In this document: positions 48,601 to 59,863 of the stretch, in pieces
Layout: each line of letters starts with the position of its first letter
Position numbering within the stretch: the first letter of the stretch is position 1
Assembly: GCA_904063045.1 (NCBI GenBank)
Contig: CAJFCJ010000058.1
Span: 15,973-79,972, forward strand
Direction: 5' to 3'
Length of the DNA: 64,000 bases
From: Dimorphilus gyrociliatus
Lineage: Eukaryota; Animalia; Annelida
Notes under the pieces: model-generated
Database searches by the model: none
Seen by the model: the letters and a program-made list of their open reading frames with translations, nothing else
What the model was told of the DNA's origin: nothing
Program-made: the position numbers and the translations under genes

Positions 48601-51589
48601 GATGGATGATTTTCTAATATTATTTACAAAATTTTGGTCAGATTTCACATCATTAAAAAAACTTGATATTAGTTTTAATGAATTTTCTATGGAAACAAGT
48701 ATACATTTTTTAAATAGGATAAAGAATGAACAAATTCAACACTTAAGCCATTTATATATGCATCACTGTAACTGGAAAAATAGTGATATATTTGAAATTT
48801 TAAATATAATTTTACAAATGGACTTTTTAAAAGTTTTCAATTCAAAATCAAAATGTCAAAATATGATAGAGAAAAATGAAAATGAAAATTTTGTAATTGA
48901 TATCAATCTACAATCATTTAATTTAACAAAGACGAAAGAATTAAATAGAATTTTAAAATATATTTGTGATGAAATGACTTTGGATATAGGAATTTTAACA
49001 AAATATGAAATGGATATTGTTCTATATTTATTGAATTTGAAAAATATTTCACTAAGTAGACTCATTTTTCAAAAGTATAATTATTTGTCAGAGTACAATT
49101 GCTTGAAATTGTTGATAAATCAATTAACTTATAATCAGGACAACATTCAACAATTGGACTTTAATAACAGTTTAGTTGGAGATGATAATGGAAAAATTTT
49201 ATTGCAATGTATTAAGGAAAATTGTAATAATATAGTCTTGTTAAACTTTACTAATTGTGGATTTTCATCTCAAATTGGCAATGTTATTGGTGAAGCTATC
49301 GGTAAACAACATCAGTTACAACAGCTATTTTTAAGGGATAATTGTTTGGAAAATGATGTAGGAATGTGTATATTTAAATATATTAAGGAAAACTGTCAAA
49401 ATATAATTATTCTAAATTTAGGAAATTGTGGATTTACATCCAAAATTGGCAATATTATTGGCGATGCCATTGGACAGCAGAGAAAACTAAGGGAATTATA
49501 TCTTTTTGATAATTTATTAGAGAATGATGTTGGAAAAAATATATTTGCCAATATTAAAGAAAATTGTACAAATATTTCCTATCTGAATTTTGAAGCTTGT
49601 GGATTTTCATATGAAATTGGAGATGTAATTGGAAATGCAATTGGCCAACAAAAGAAATTAACTACAATTTATGGATCAGATAATCAATTTGGAAATGATG
49701 CTGGGAAAAATATTTTCTTTAATATTCAACAAAACTGTAATGAACTTGTCCATCTTAAATTTTATAATTGTGAATTTACTTCAGATATTGGAAATTGTAT
49801 TGGAGATGCAGTTGGTCAACTAAAAAATCTTCGAACATTTTATCTTAATGAAAATGAGATTGGAAATGACGTTGGAAAAAATATATTTTTGAATATGAAA
49901 AATCATTGTTGTAATATTGTTTATCTTAGTTTATCAATTTGTGGATTTACGGATCAAATTGGCAACATTTTAAATGAAGCAATTGCCCAACAAGCTAATC
50001 TTCAAGAATTGTATATCTATGAAAATCAAATTGGTGATATTTTGATGCAGAACTTATTCAAGAATGTAAAAGAACATTGTAAAAATTTATTGGTGCTCAA
50101 TGCAGGAGATTGTGGATTTTCTTCGAAAATTGCAAAAAGTTTTGTAAATTTGAATTTTGATGAGAATTTTTTGGAAGAATTATGTATTTATACAGACACA
50201 CATAATTTTTATACTACAAAAGAGACATTTGAAAATGTCGATAAATACTTGAAGAGTTTTATTAGCATTTGTCTTGGAAATTGTGGATTTACTTCGGATC
50301 AAGCAAATATCATTGGTGATATAATTGTTCAACAAGACAAACTCAAAGAGATTTATCTATGGGATAATAAATTTGGTGATGAAGGCTGGAAATATATTTT
50401 ATTACTTTTGAAAAAAAATTGCCCAAATATATCATTTTTGGATTTAAGTAATTGTGGAANNNNNNNNNNACTTAAAAAATTATTTCTAAAAGGGAATTTA
50501 TTAGGAGATGATGTTGGGAAAAATATCTTTGATAGCATAATACAAAATTGCCAACATATTGAAATGATTAACATCTTAAATTGTGGGTTTAGAAAATATG
50601 TTGGACAATCAATTTGTAGCGCAATAGGCCAACTAAATAATCTTACACTTTTATGTATAAGAGATAATCTATTACAAGATTCCATTGGGAAAAATTTATT
50701 CCTAAACCTTAAGGAGACTTGCAAAAATATTTCAATATTCAATTTTAGTAATTGTGGATTCACTTCTGCACTGGGAAATTCTGTTGGAGATGCTATTGGT
50801 GAACAACACAATATGAATGAATTATATTTTTGGGATAATCAATTGGGTAATGATGTTGGAAAAAATATCTTTCAGAAAGTCAATCAAAATTGTTCCAAGA
50901 TTACAATTTTAAAATTTGAAAATTGCGGATTCACTTCTGATATTGGAGATATTTTAGGTGAAGCTATTGGTCAACAATGTAAACTTTCAGTTCTGGCCCT
51001 GAGTGATAATTTGATTGGTGACACTGTTGGGGCAAATGTCTTTCATAAAATTAAAGGAAATTGCCGAAATATTTGTATGCTTAGCTTCGAAAATTGCGGA
51101 TTTACATCCAATATTGGAAATATTTTAGGTGAAGCGATTGGTTTGCAGAGTAACCTTAGACAATTAATTTTTTCACATAATCAATTAGATGATAATGTTG
51201 GAGTATCTATATTTCAAAATGTCTATGAAAACTGTCAAAATATTTCAATTCTTCGCTTCCACAACTGCGGATTTACTGCTAATATTGGAAATATTATTGG
51301 TTATGCAATAGGTCAACAAAGGTCAATTAAAGAGTTGAACATCAGAAGTAATCTACTTGGGAATATTGTTGGAGCATCTATTTTCAAAATTATTAAGAAG
51401 AATTGTTCTGAAATTCAAAAAATGTTTTGTAGAAATTGCGGATTTACTTCAAAAATTGGAAATATTATTTATGATGCAATTTCTCAACAACAAAGGTTAC
51501 AAGTGTTCTCTATTTGGCAATACACATATAAGGGTAACATTAGAAGTAACATGGAAGAACATATTTGGGTTAGGAATAGACTTGGTTAG
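45698..51589 (+). CDS. NACHT-LRR (NLR-like) protein, single long ORF spanning an assembly gap
   Basis: Walker A GDEGVGKT, Walker B LLILDGADQL, IIVSSR, CKNPL, and winged-helix EFSHRQFKEYFAA; then degenerate LRRs and 14 visible 57-aa units. Confidence 0.9.
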   Translation: MINSLLKYYEKKIKDVLENDQLFNKILQESFNSNFSNYHFDDTLQFLNILENLKCHDKKYSELGNLIKNTWSNIIDERKIYAQIHWETCQKCPLSYNKSFNIRFNDTTTPVQLLSTKCDNSQKNVGIYFHIEQFLRFIRSNCQKILIYGDEGVGKTFYSMQLLSLWCHSKEIFLQDYLILYINLDEIEDTNSCSFQEILFKKNFGKHSKISFELFKYFLSDECKEKESFGKILLILDGADQLKCKTSSEFYKMIFLAKTKQHFPIIVSSRLWKVKHVLDTYNSTFELKGFNEGQIFLFFKKCLLESNVFIQNTEDINLNYLSHETIKQKEKEEFNQLSILLNNRNNLLYCCKNPLIAYLVFVIWKEQKYFNMIFSKFEIFQIITTLFLKTKRISKGKFCHYFNYLTQLAFNDVFQIKSTMWINSKVDTLKIYQKFHWFLLPPSNNKSAMNIEFSHRQFKEYFAAKFIVDAYLYNNHSINYKKIQLIESTIGNTENLLIFTNVFSFVLGIDCDVFTKLLAIRHDILSTVDINKKLYNYIMDNSTTAIELSEMRLPIEIWKLILYYSKKDIKKIKLTDVKVDVSSFLEIAGQFLTNSLSILEIYDFDIHSSSIEQLFETIMEKFTNLQILKIKNNNFQNSKKHIQLNIKSNSLQEFYLKNCNLQLTKLAINCSNLRICKLVKVCTFLNSSNFNFVQFIGNHFLKLQELNISGISLKKDIGNFFFKILNTFSISLTSLKCNNCDIIAQSHHVAMFMSKYDKLITFEMKGNELIGINLDDFFKSVMSAKNLKQLKLPLFNYSNQNAINVCKSNNTNNDLEKVKIDLILLDIGGNSLDNILTYIFIKKVITASISLNEIILDNINSKFNQMPFLITLFNEINFSKHSNLNFLCKTSLESTHSMFLNSFSKKFLKKEFKFHCSNYNLKTKAFNDIFFQKKGGFLYETQERLLKHLNNHSYSNLFTNVYLKNCQLMDDFLILFTKFWSDFTSLKKLDISFNEFSMETSIHFLNRIKNEQIQHLSHLYMHHCNWKNSDIFEILNIILQMDFLKVFNSKSKCQNMIEKNENENFVIDINLQSFNLTKTKELNRILKYICDEMTLDIGILTKYEMDIVLYLLNLKNISLSRLIFQKYNYLSEYNCLKLLINQLTYNQDNIQQLDFNNSLVGDDNGKILLQCIKENCNNIVLLNFTNCGFSSQIGNVIGEAIGKQHQLQQLFLRDNCLENDVGMCIFKYIKENCQNIIILNLGNCGFTSKIGNIIGDAIGQQRKLRELYLFDNLLENDVGKNIFANIKENCTNISYLNFEACGFSYEIGDVIGNAIGQQKKLTTIYGSDNQFGNDAGKNIFFNIQQNCNELVHLKFYNCEFTSDIGNCIGDAVGQLKNLRTFYLNENEIGNDVGKNIFLNMKNHCCNIVYLSLSICGFTDQIGNILNEAIAQQANLQELYIYENQIGDILMQNLFKNVKEHCKNLLVLNAGDCGFSSKIAKSFVNLNFDENFLEELCIYTDTHNFYTTKETFENVDKYLKSFISICLGNCGFTSDQANIIGDIIVQQDKLKEIYLWDNKFGDEGWKYILLLLKKNCPNISFLDLSNCGXXXXLKKLFLKGNLLGDDVGKNIFDSIIQNCQHIEMINILNCGFRKYVGQSICSAIGQLNNLTLLCIRDNLLQDSIGKNLFLNLKETCKNISIFNFSNCGFTSALGNSVGDAIGEQHNMNELYFWDNQLGNDVGKNIFQKVNQNCSKITILKFENCGFTSDIGDILGEAIGQQCKLSVLALSDNLIGDTVGANVFHKIKGNCRNICMLSFENCGFTSNIGNILGEAIGLQSNLRQLIFSHNQLDDNVGVSIFQNVYENCQNISILRFHNCGFTANIGNIIGYAIGQQRSIKELNIRSNLLGNIVGASIFKIIKKNCSEIQKMFCRNCGFTSKIGNIIYDAISQQQRLQVFSIWQYTYKGNIRSNMEEHIWVRNRLG
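50460..50469. other. Assembly gap (10 N) inside the NLR repeat array
   Basis: Run of N. Confidence 0.99.
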
Positions 51590-52199
51590 TTATTTTGTAG
51601 ACCCAAAAAGACATTTTTTGTGTGGAAATTATATTGAAATCCTGATGGAAACTTGTACATGTACCTCTTCAAACTTACACAAGAAAATGCTACAACATTG
51701 ACCAAACACAGGTCTGATTGGTCAACTTGCTCAATACTATAACAATATAATATTTCATCAGTGAATGATAATGTAACAGTTTGAGCACATGCTGTCAAAT
51801 GTGTTTGTACTTTGGCGAGAGTAGTGTTTATCAACTAAAATGTGTACAAAGACATCTATCATTTTTAAAGATTACACTTAAGTTAAGATAAAACAGCTTT
51901 TAAGTCTTTAAGCATATGATAAAGTTATCAATTATCATGATTTGATTAGATAATTCATATTTTATTGATGAGTACAAAATAAATATAAACATTGATTTAA
52001 TTTGCTAACTAGTGCTATTCTCCAATGTTTTGATTTCTACTCTTAGGACCTGTTACATCTTGCAGAGTTTTTCCCCAATGCTCTATTAATAAATCAAATA
52101 AATTTTGTCATTTTGGCTAGAAATCAATAAGATTGAAAATCTAAAGGGTTAAGTGTGTTTAATTGATGAAATCTGTTTTCATCTAATAAGGATACTGCA

Positions 52200-52890
52200 A
52201 TATTTTAGGATGCTTTATCAAGAAAAAATAATTGTTATAATTAAATCTTATCTGTTCTGATCAAGTAGAAAATGGAACCCTGCATTACAAGATATTTGCA
52301 AAGGGCTATACAACTCCTCGCAAACATTGAAAAGTATCAGCTTTATTGGATTGGAATTGGATGAAGAACATTGTAAATGTATTGGTGCACTGTTGAATAA
52401 TGATTAAACATTATTTGCAAAATACACTACAGATTGTCAACTTTAATAATTGTAAAGTAAATTTTCATCTATATTCTACCTTTTTTGAAATATTGAAAAG
52501 TTCTGCTTTAATAGAGATGATGAAACTATCAAGAAGCATTTGGAGCTTATTAAAAAATTGCGACTAAATGCAAATCAGCTCGAAGCATTAATTCCTTTGT
52601 TGAAACGACCTGAAGGGATAGAAAAACTTGATCTAAGTGAAAATTACTATCCTTTTTACATGAATCACACCATTTTGAAGATTAGATCATATAATGAATG
52701 GAAAGAAGTCAAGCTTAGTGGTTGTGATATTTTTGAAACTGAAACTACAAAAATAGATGATCACTCACAACATTTCAATGCCAACTTAACTAAAATAACT
52801 TTTTGTGACTACAATTATCATTCACCACTTTACTTTGCTGAAATTTCCTACTCATTGAAGCATATAAACTTAAGTTGCTGCAACTGTTAA
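52200..52890 (+). pseudogene. Decayed LRR gene
   Basis: LQDICKGLYNSSQTLKSISF...EEHCKCIGALL and IEKLDLSEN, interrupted by stops and frameshifts. Confidence 0.6.
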
Positions 52891-53479
52891 TTTCTTGTAT
52901 TCCACACCAATAAAATTGATAATATTTCTCGTCTTCTTTTGTACCAATTATTCCATCTTTAATCTTTCATCTTCTTATATTGAAAATAGCTAAGAAACGC
53001 CCGAAAATCTATGGAAACTTTCTAATACTAAAACATTTATGAAAATAGCATTGGGAAATTGGATATTTATAGGCCAATTAGCAAGTTGGAGATTGTTTTT
53101 TATTCTAAATACGAAAATACTTGTAAAAGTTACATTTTCAAATTTTAAAACAAAATTTCTGTATAGCGTAATGCTTTTGAAATTCTCATCAATTTTAAAT
53201 ATAGTTTGTAATTGAGCAGGTGTCAATTTACAAACAATTGAAAATGGATTTGGATATTTACAATTATTATTAGATTGTTGTTTAGGAAATGAGCAGAATA
53301 ATTTGTCAGTTCCTATAAAACAACCTCTTTTTAGGGTACAGGAGAAAATGTCCACTATAGAACTTCAATGTAAGATATAAGATATTCGATAGATGGAGTT
53401 TTTAGAGCAATTTTACAGGAAAAACTGAATAATAAGAATTACAAATATTTAAATATTAATATATTGATTAGGTAAAAAA

Positions 53480-55307
53480 AAGCATTATAACAATAGTGAT
53501 TGACAACAGTCTAACAACATTAAAGATATTTTAGACTGGGGAATAAATGTCAGAAGCCTTATTGCATAAATCCAGGGAGGTGATTGAGGCAATTTCAAAT
53601 TTCTCCCATAAGCTGAATATTTTGCTTTGAATTTTCTAACATGCTTTTCTTTGCTGTCTACAAATTTTCTTTTCACTAAGCAATTTTTTATATAGTTTTA
53701 TCAGATCAGCTTCTCTCTTCAGTTCATCTAAAAGAGAATAGAATGCAGTGTTAGAGCAAATATTCTTGTTAAGCCTGTGATGACAGCCTTCAAGATCATT
53801 ATTTGTCCTTATAGCCTCACCATATACAGACCATACCTCTGGTTTATAAAATCCATTTATCCTTTGTGTCTCAACATACTGCAATAGAGACTTCATTTCA
53901 ATGGAACTTATTAATTGCCATTAATTTCTTCATCATTCTATATTCAGCTTTTTTCTCCTTGTAAATCTTAGAAAATCCTAATTCCTGGAAATAAATATGT
54001 CAGTTCTATCTGAAGCTCAAATGCTAAATTAAAGTATTACTTGAATCTTTCTGTGTTTTGCCTGTGTCCAGTGAAAAACATACCCTCTAATGTTTGCTTC
54101 AGGATAAATGAATGATAGTGCTTACCAAATAGCTTTTTCAAAGTCTACAACAATTTTTTTGGGGCTCTGACCATTTGTTAAATCTTGTATTGCCTGTTAA
54201 TTCAACAAATTAGATTACTCAAGTTAAAATGAAAAATTATTGTACCTTAAATAATTTCTTGTAGGCTGTCTGTCTCTTGGATTCCATAAAAACAAAAGCC
54301 ACTGGAATTTGTTTTATAAAAAAAAAAGGAGAAATAAAACAAATTGTGAAAATATTAGTTTTCTATCACTCTCCATTTGTATATCCAATTGTAAAAAATC
54401 ATCAGGAATAAAAGCTTTAGCCAAATTAAAGTGAATGCTATGAGGTTCAGCTCATCTAAACTTTTTTTTGTCCAATTTGCCAGTCTTGTACAATTATCTA
54501 GAGAGGGAATAACTTCACTAGAACTGCAATATTTCACCAGAACATCTTCAGCTAAATGTTTTCCTGAACTACTGATATCTTTATTACAAGCATTTTTCAG
54601 TTCATTCCTAATCATTATTTCTTTTCAAGATCAGGTACTCTTTCATGAGAATGGGATAACTTTCCAGGATAAAAACTGTTCCCATGCTGACTAACTGTTG
54701 CTGAACATTTGTTTCTTTTGTTCCTAACACTGCATATCCAGAATGTTGTCTTGTTTCTTTTTTCTTTAATATTGTAGCAGAAATTGTTGAAAAGTAGCAA
54801 ATCTTTTCCTTTCTGGCTCATTCCCTTTAAGATTTTGAATGAATAACTTTCTTTCTCACAATCTGATTTTGGAGAAGCTATAAATGATACTTCCATCATA
54901 TTATTTTGTTGAGCTGGAAGATCTTCAACTAAAACATTGTTTAATTCCATAATGCTGCCATTAGTATCATTTCCACTAGAATTTCCACAATGACTTTCAC
55001 AAACAATAGTCTGCTCAATTCTATTATTTACTGTATGGAAATTTGGTGTTTGAGTTAATTCTTCATTAACAGATGTATCAGAAGGTAGCCTTTGCAGTGT
55101 AACAATGCATTTCTTCATTGATATGTTACAACAAATGTTACAATAAAATGATTGATCTGTGAAAAAACATAAAAACATATTTGTAAGGAAGGATAGTAAC
55201 AAAAACTCAAACAAAACCTTTATATTTCAAACATTTCTTGTGTATTTTAAATATCATGAACTTGTTCCATATATTCTCTCTTCACAAATGTAAAAAATTG
55301 GTGCCAT
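53480..55307 (-). mobile_element. Decayed Mutator/Phantom transposase (finger remnant + FLYWCH + MULE DDE)
   Basis: SQKGKDLLLFNNFCY...FWIC...C...HSH (FLYWCH); KIVVDFEKAIW*...FHW; WSVYGEAIRTNNDLEGCHHRLN. In-frame stops and deletions; no TIRs found. Confidence 0.85.
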
Positions 55308-55719
55308 ATTCTATTTAGAATCTCTGTTAATAACCAACAGTTAAAATTTAATATTTAGTCAATTAATAAATGTAAACAAAATGGCTGCAATAAAAATAGA
55401 GTTTAATTCATGAATAGATACTTTCAAGCCAATATTCTATAACTTACTGAAAATAGCTTTAAAGTATTTTGTTTTGTTGGATGGATCTCTCCTGAGGAAA
55501 TATATTTAAACTACCAACTTCTATATAATATAGTAATTCCAGATATGTAAAATAATTATTATAAAATTCAAAATATTTTCAGAATAATGGATACCAGTTT
55601 TCCTTATTTCTGAAGTATATTTTACATTGTTTTACAATTTCCTTTTCCTGTTTTGAGAAAAAGTAGAAAGCATATTTCTTTTCTTCATTTATCATAGAAG
55701 CTTCAATAGAAATTACAAC

Positions 55720-55990
55720 ATGAATTTGAAAATTGTTGGAAGTGTGGATTAAAGAAAATTCAGATGCAAGTTGTGCAGACATTTTTATCATACAAAGTGT
55801 TCAAAATGTAAGTAAACTCTCTAACTTTCTCAGGTATAATGCTATATCACCTATATATTAAGATGCAGATTATTGTCCTGATTGTCATGATGTCAGCAAA
55901 CAAGAAGACTTGCCAGAACTAGAATCATTAAGAAGAAAAGCTTCTAGATATAAAGAGAGTAAAAGACCAAAGCATCCAAGACAATTCAGT
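55720..55990 (+). mobile_element. Internally deleted remnant of the same transposase family
   Basis: MNLK/CWKC...KFRCKLCRHFYHTKCSK, intron, DADYCPDC, then directly LPELESLRRKASRYKESKRPKHP. Confidence 0.7.
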
Positions 55991-56349
55991 ATTTTAATCA
56001 CTTTTAATTTATCATTTTTCATTTGAATTTGGATGAATTATTGGATAGACTTGTTGATTTAAATATTTGTTAAAATTTGTTATTTCTTGTTCTGCATTTT
56101 AGTTATCAAACTTAACACTCCTTACTATTTGTAAATTGTTTTTTATATTAAAAAAATAAACATAATTGTTCTCAAAATAAAAATTATATTTGTCATATTT
56201 ATCAATTAATAAGTACTAAACCTGTCTTCAAGTGAGACACAATGCCTTTAGTATGACTGCCTTAGAGTGGGCCAAAATGTCCTGACCCCAAATTTTTCCA
56301 TACCCCAGCTCCCTAATCATCTTCCCAACAGCCTCTTGACCAACATCTA

Positions 56350-56984
56350 ATTTTTAGAGTTGACTTTTACAGCATCTTGCATTCTTGAAAAATTTGATCT
56401 TGGAGGTAATCCATTCTTATTGGATGGCTTGGACAGAAAGACATTAATGTATACTAATTTTGGAAATACGCTAAAGGTTATGAAACTTCCTTTTTATAAT
56501 TTAGATGAAATAAAAGTACATTTTTTAAAATGTTTCTTGAAAACTGTTTATCAATTGAAGAAATTTATCTAGCAGAAAATTTTAACATGAACAATTATCA
56601 GATAATTGACTGTCTTACAAAATTTCATTCCACTCTAAAAGTTCTAAACTTGAAAGACTGTAACTTGAATTAAGTAAACTGTAGATATCTTATAAATTTG
56701 CTCAGTCAATGTTCAAATATAGAAAAAAAAAATATAGATGATAATTCACAAATGGGAAATGGTTTAAATGAGATAATTACAGAACTCAAAAGTCATACAA
56801 TACACTGAAAATTATAAATTTGAAAAACATTGTAATTTCACTTTTGAAATGTTCAAAAATCTAGAATATTTGCTGAGTAGCTGTGAAAAACTTGAAGAAA
56901 TTAATTTGGGAAAAAATCCAAAAGTATGTGATGATTTGAAAAATATATCTTGTGAACTAGAAAAATTGAGGTATTCTTTAAAGC
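56350..56984 (+). pseudogene. Decayed LRR gene interrupted by the Phantom insertion
   Basis: LEKFDLGGN and LEYLLSSCEKLEEINLGKN...LRYSLK run up to the TSD; stops upstream. Confidence 0.65.
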
Positions 56985-59632
56985 GGGGTCGGGTCAGAAC
57001 GCCCCAGGTCAGTACGCCCCAGGTCAGAACGCCCCAATTTTGGGTCAGAACGCCCCATTCTTGATTTTGAACGCCCCACTCATGAGTCAGAACGCCCCAC
57101 TCTCTTTAGAGAATTATAGAAAACAATGCTGAGAGAAAAATATTCTTAAATACCAGTTATTATAAATATTTTTACCAGTTTTTTTTTTATCAGTTTATTC
57201 TCAGAAATTGTGTTGCTTAAATATAATTCATCTTAGAATAATTAATTTTTTTGCTGTTAATGTCTCACTGAAAAAAGGAGGATGAATTTAAAAACTTGTT
57301 GGAAATGTATGAAGAAGTTTCATTGGACTCAAAAGAAGTTTAGATGCAAATTATGTAGGCACTTTTACCATGCTAAATGTTCAAATAGTAAGATTTTATT
57401 CTTTAATATTTCTTTTCTATTTAACCATTTCCTCAGATGCAGATTATTGTATAGACTGTTTTAATATAAAAAACAAAAAGCTAATTGTTAAAATAAAAAA
57501 GCTGGAAAACAAAAAATCACCAACATGTTCAAAAGTATTTGGAAATGAAACTGTTAGTGAAAGTTCAAGTTTCGAACAGGTACAAAATATTTAACAAATA
57601 TCTGTTAAAAAAACTATTTAATGTTTTACTATAGCTGAGGTTATCTTTTGACTTTGAATCTAATTTCCCTGATGTTTCAAGTACTCCAGGGAATAATGGA
57701 ATGGAGAGTTGTGATAAAGATATTGATATTGATAATGATGGAATTTCAAGAGAAGATCAACATCAACCTGCTAAAATTGTTACAGAAAATAGTCCAGTTG
57801 TAAGAAGAATTGATATAAATAATGAATCTTCTTTTAATGATACAAGAGAGCTTTGTCTAAATGATAATTTAAAACATGATTTTGAAATATTTAAGAATGG
57901 GAGCAGAAAAGGAAAAGATATTCTTCTTCACAATAATTTTACTTATACTGTAAAAAGATCAAGTGAAACAACCATTACCTGGAAATGTAGTCAAAGAACT
58001 AAAAAATCACCATGTCTTGCATCTGTAATTCAAAAAGATTTAAAGTTCATTTTGAAAAATTCTAATCACATTCACAAAAGAGAGAAAAATGATATGAGAA
58101 AAATTATTGAAGCAAGGTTAAATTTAAAGGAAGCTGCAATTATTGATAAAGACAAATCTGGTAAAAGAATTGCAGAAGATATCAGTCTGAAGTTCCAAGC
58201 ATTGATGTCATGAAAAGATCTGCTAATAGATACAGAGAAGGTGCCAGACCAAAGCACCCAGAAAACATTATGTTTGAATTAAATTTAAATGAAATTCCAG
58301 ATAATTTTTTCTTAAAAGATATAAAAGGGAAGAAAAGCCGAAACATGATGTTTGCAACTGACCATCAAATTAAATTATTGAAACATTGTAAGATATGGTT
58401 TATTGATGCCACATTTAAAATTGTGAGAAAACCTTTTTACCAATTGTTTACAATTCATGGATTTATAAGAAAAGAAGGTGAATATAAACAAGTTCCTTTA
58501 ATGTTTGTCCTCATGACAGGAAAGAAGAAGAAACATTATTCATTGATATTTGAGGTTGGCTTTCTAAAGTAAATATTTGAGTAAAAATTCTAAAGATATA
58601 TTTTGCTTTACAAGGAGTTAAAAATCTTAATAGATGGAAAAAGCCCAAAAAAGTTTGTTCTTGATTTTGAAAAAGCTCTTTGGATATCTTTAAAAAATGC
58701 TTTTGTTGATTCTGATCTACAAGGATGTGCTTTTCATTTTAAACAAGCAATTCTTAAAAACATACAGGTAAATTAAAGTAATTATAACAATTCTGTTACA
58801 GATTTAATTTGTGAAATTAAGAAATTAACAAATACAAATTTTCTTTTTAGAAATTAGGACACATCAAGGACTATAAAATGAAAGGTTATAAAGGAAATGT
58901 GTTAAGAAAACTAATGTGTCTAGCATACTTACCAGCATCATTCATCAAACAAAAGTTTTATCAAATTAAAGAGGAACTTTTGGAACTGAATTTATATGCT
59001 GATCTTCTTGAGTATATGCAATCTACTTACATTGAAAGCAATATTTGGAAACCAGAAAATTGGTCAGTTTATAAATTAATAGTTCGTACAAATAATAATG
59101 TAGAGTCTTGGCACACAAGAATCAATCAAAATTTGAAAAGCAATGAAAACTTTTATACTCTTATCACTGAACTTCATAGAGAAAGCAGCCTTATTGAAGT
59201 TTATGAGGATATGTTGGTGGAAAATAAAATGAGACAGAATCAGAAGAATAAATATAAAGATTTGCAGGATATTATCTTTGAGTTGTGGAAGAAGTTTGAA
59301 GTAAGAGAATTAAGTTTAGATAATCTCTTAAAGGGTTTAATTGACTTGAACATTGCTTGAAAAATTATTTCTTTTTTTGTGATCACTTATTATATTTGTT
59401 TAAGCTTTTGTACTTTAAGACAAAAAATACATTATGCATATATATTTTTATATTCAATTGACTTTTTTTAATTTAATAAGTACAGCATTAAAAAATATTA
59501 TGTTCTTCAAAAATCAGTGGGGCGTTCTGACTCATGAGTGGGGCGTTCGAAATCAAGAATGGGGCGTTCTGACCCAAAATTGGGGCGTTCTGACCTGGGG
59601 CGTACTGACCAGGGGCGTTCTGACCCTAAGCC
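56985..59632 (+). mobile_element. Phantom-like Mutator element with foldback (tandem-repeat) TIRs
   Basis: Six (GGTCA)GAACGCCCC units at each end in mirror order with matching spacers. Perfect 9-bp TSD CTTTAAAGC at 56976-56984 and 59633-59641. Confidence 0.95.
57282..59360 (+). pseudogene. PHD/FYVE-like finger + FLYWCH + MULE DDE transposase, five exons, one frameshift
   Basis: Exons 57282-57387, 57437-57579, 57635-58554, 58615-58767 and 58851-59360 join in phase. Motifs WFIDATF, FVLDFE, GCAFH and TNNNVESWH. A frame break at about 58195. Confidence 0.88.
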
Positions 59633-59863
59633 CTTTAAAGCTGTGCATTTAGATTGGAAAGGACAATTACTGTTCTGAAGAAGCAGAAATTCCAAAATCA
59701 ATTGGGACTCAGGGTTAGGTGAGAATTCTGTTTCTCTTTTTTGATTTAGTCAAAAAAACCTTTACATATCATAACCCTAACCTAACCCTGTACCAAATTT
59801 CAAGAGAATCAGAGCACTTTGAAATTTCTGATGATTTTAGTGGTTGACTCACAAGTGGAGGAC

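Noticed and set aside
52990-53355. 121-aa minus-strand ORF
   Set aside because: No motif, and the composition is typical of chance ORFs in AT-rich DNA.
56990-57100. Regularly spaced short repeats resembling a CRISPR array (also 9876-10020, 10680-10820, 59515-59625)
   Set aside because: The units are ~13 nt with 0-10-nt spacers, mirrored at the other end of an element with a TSD. These are foldback TIRs in a eukaryote, with no cas genes.
58185-58215. Programmed -1 frameshift in the transposase
   Set aside because: No X-XXY-YYZ slippery heptamer, and the paralogue suggests a deletion.
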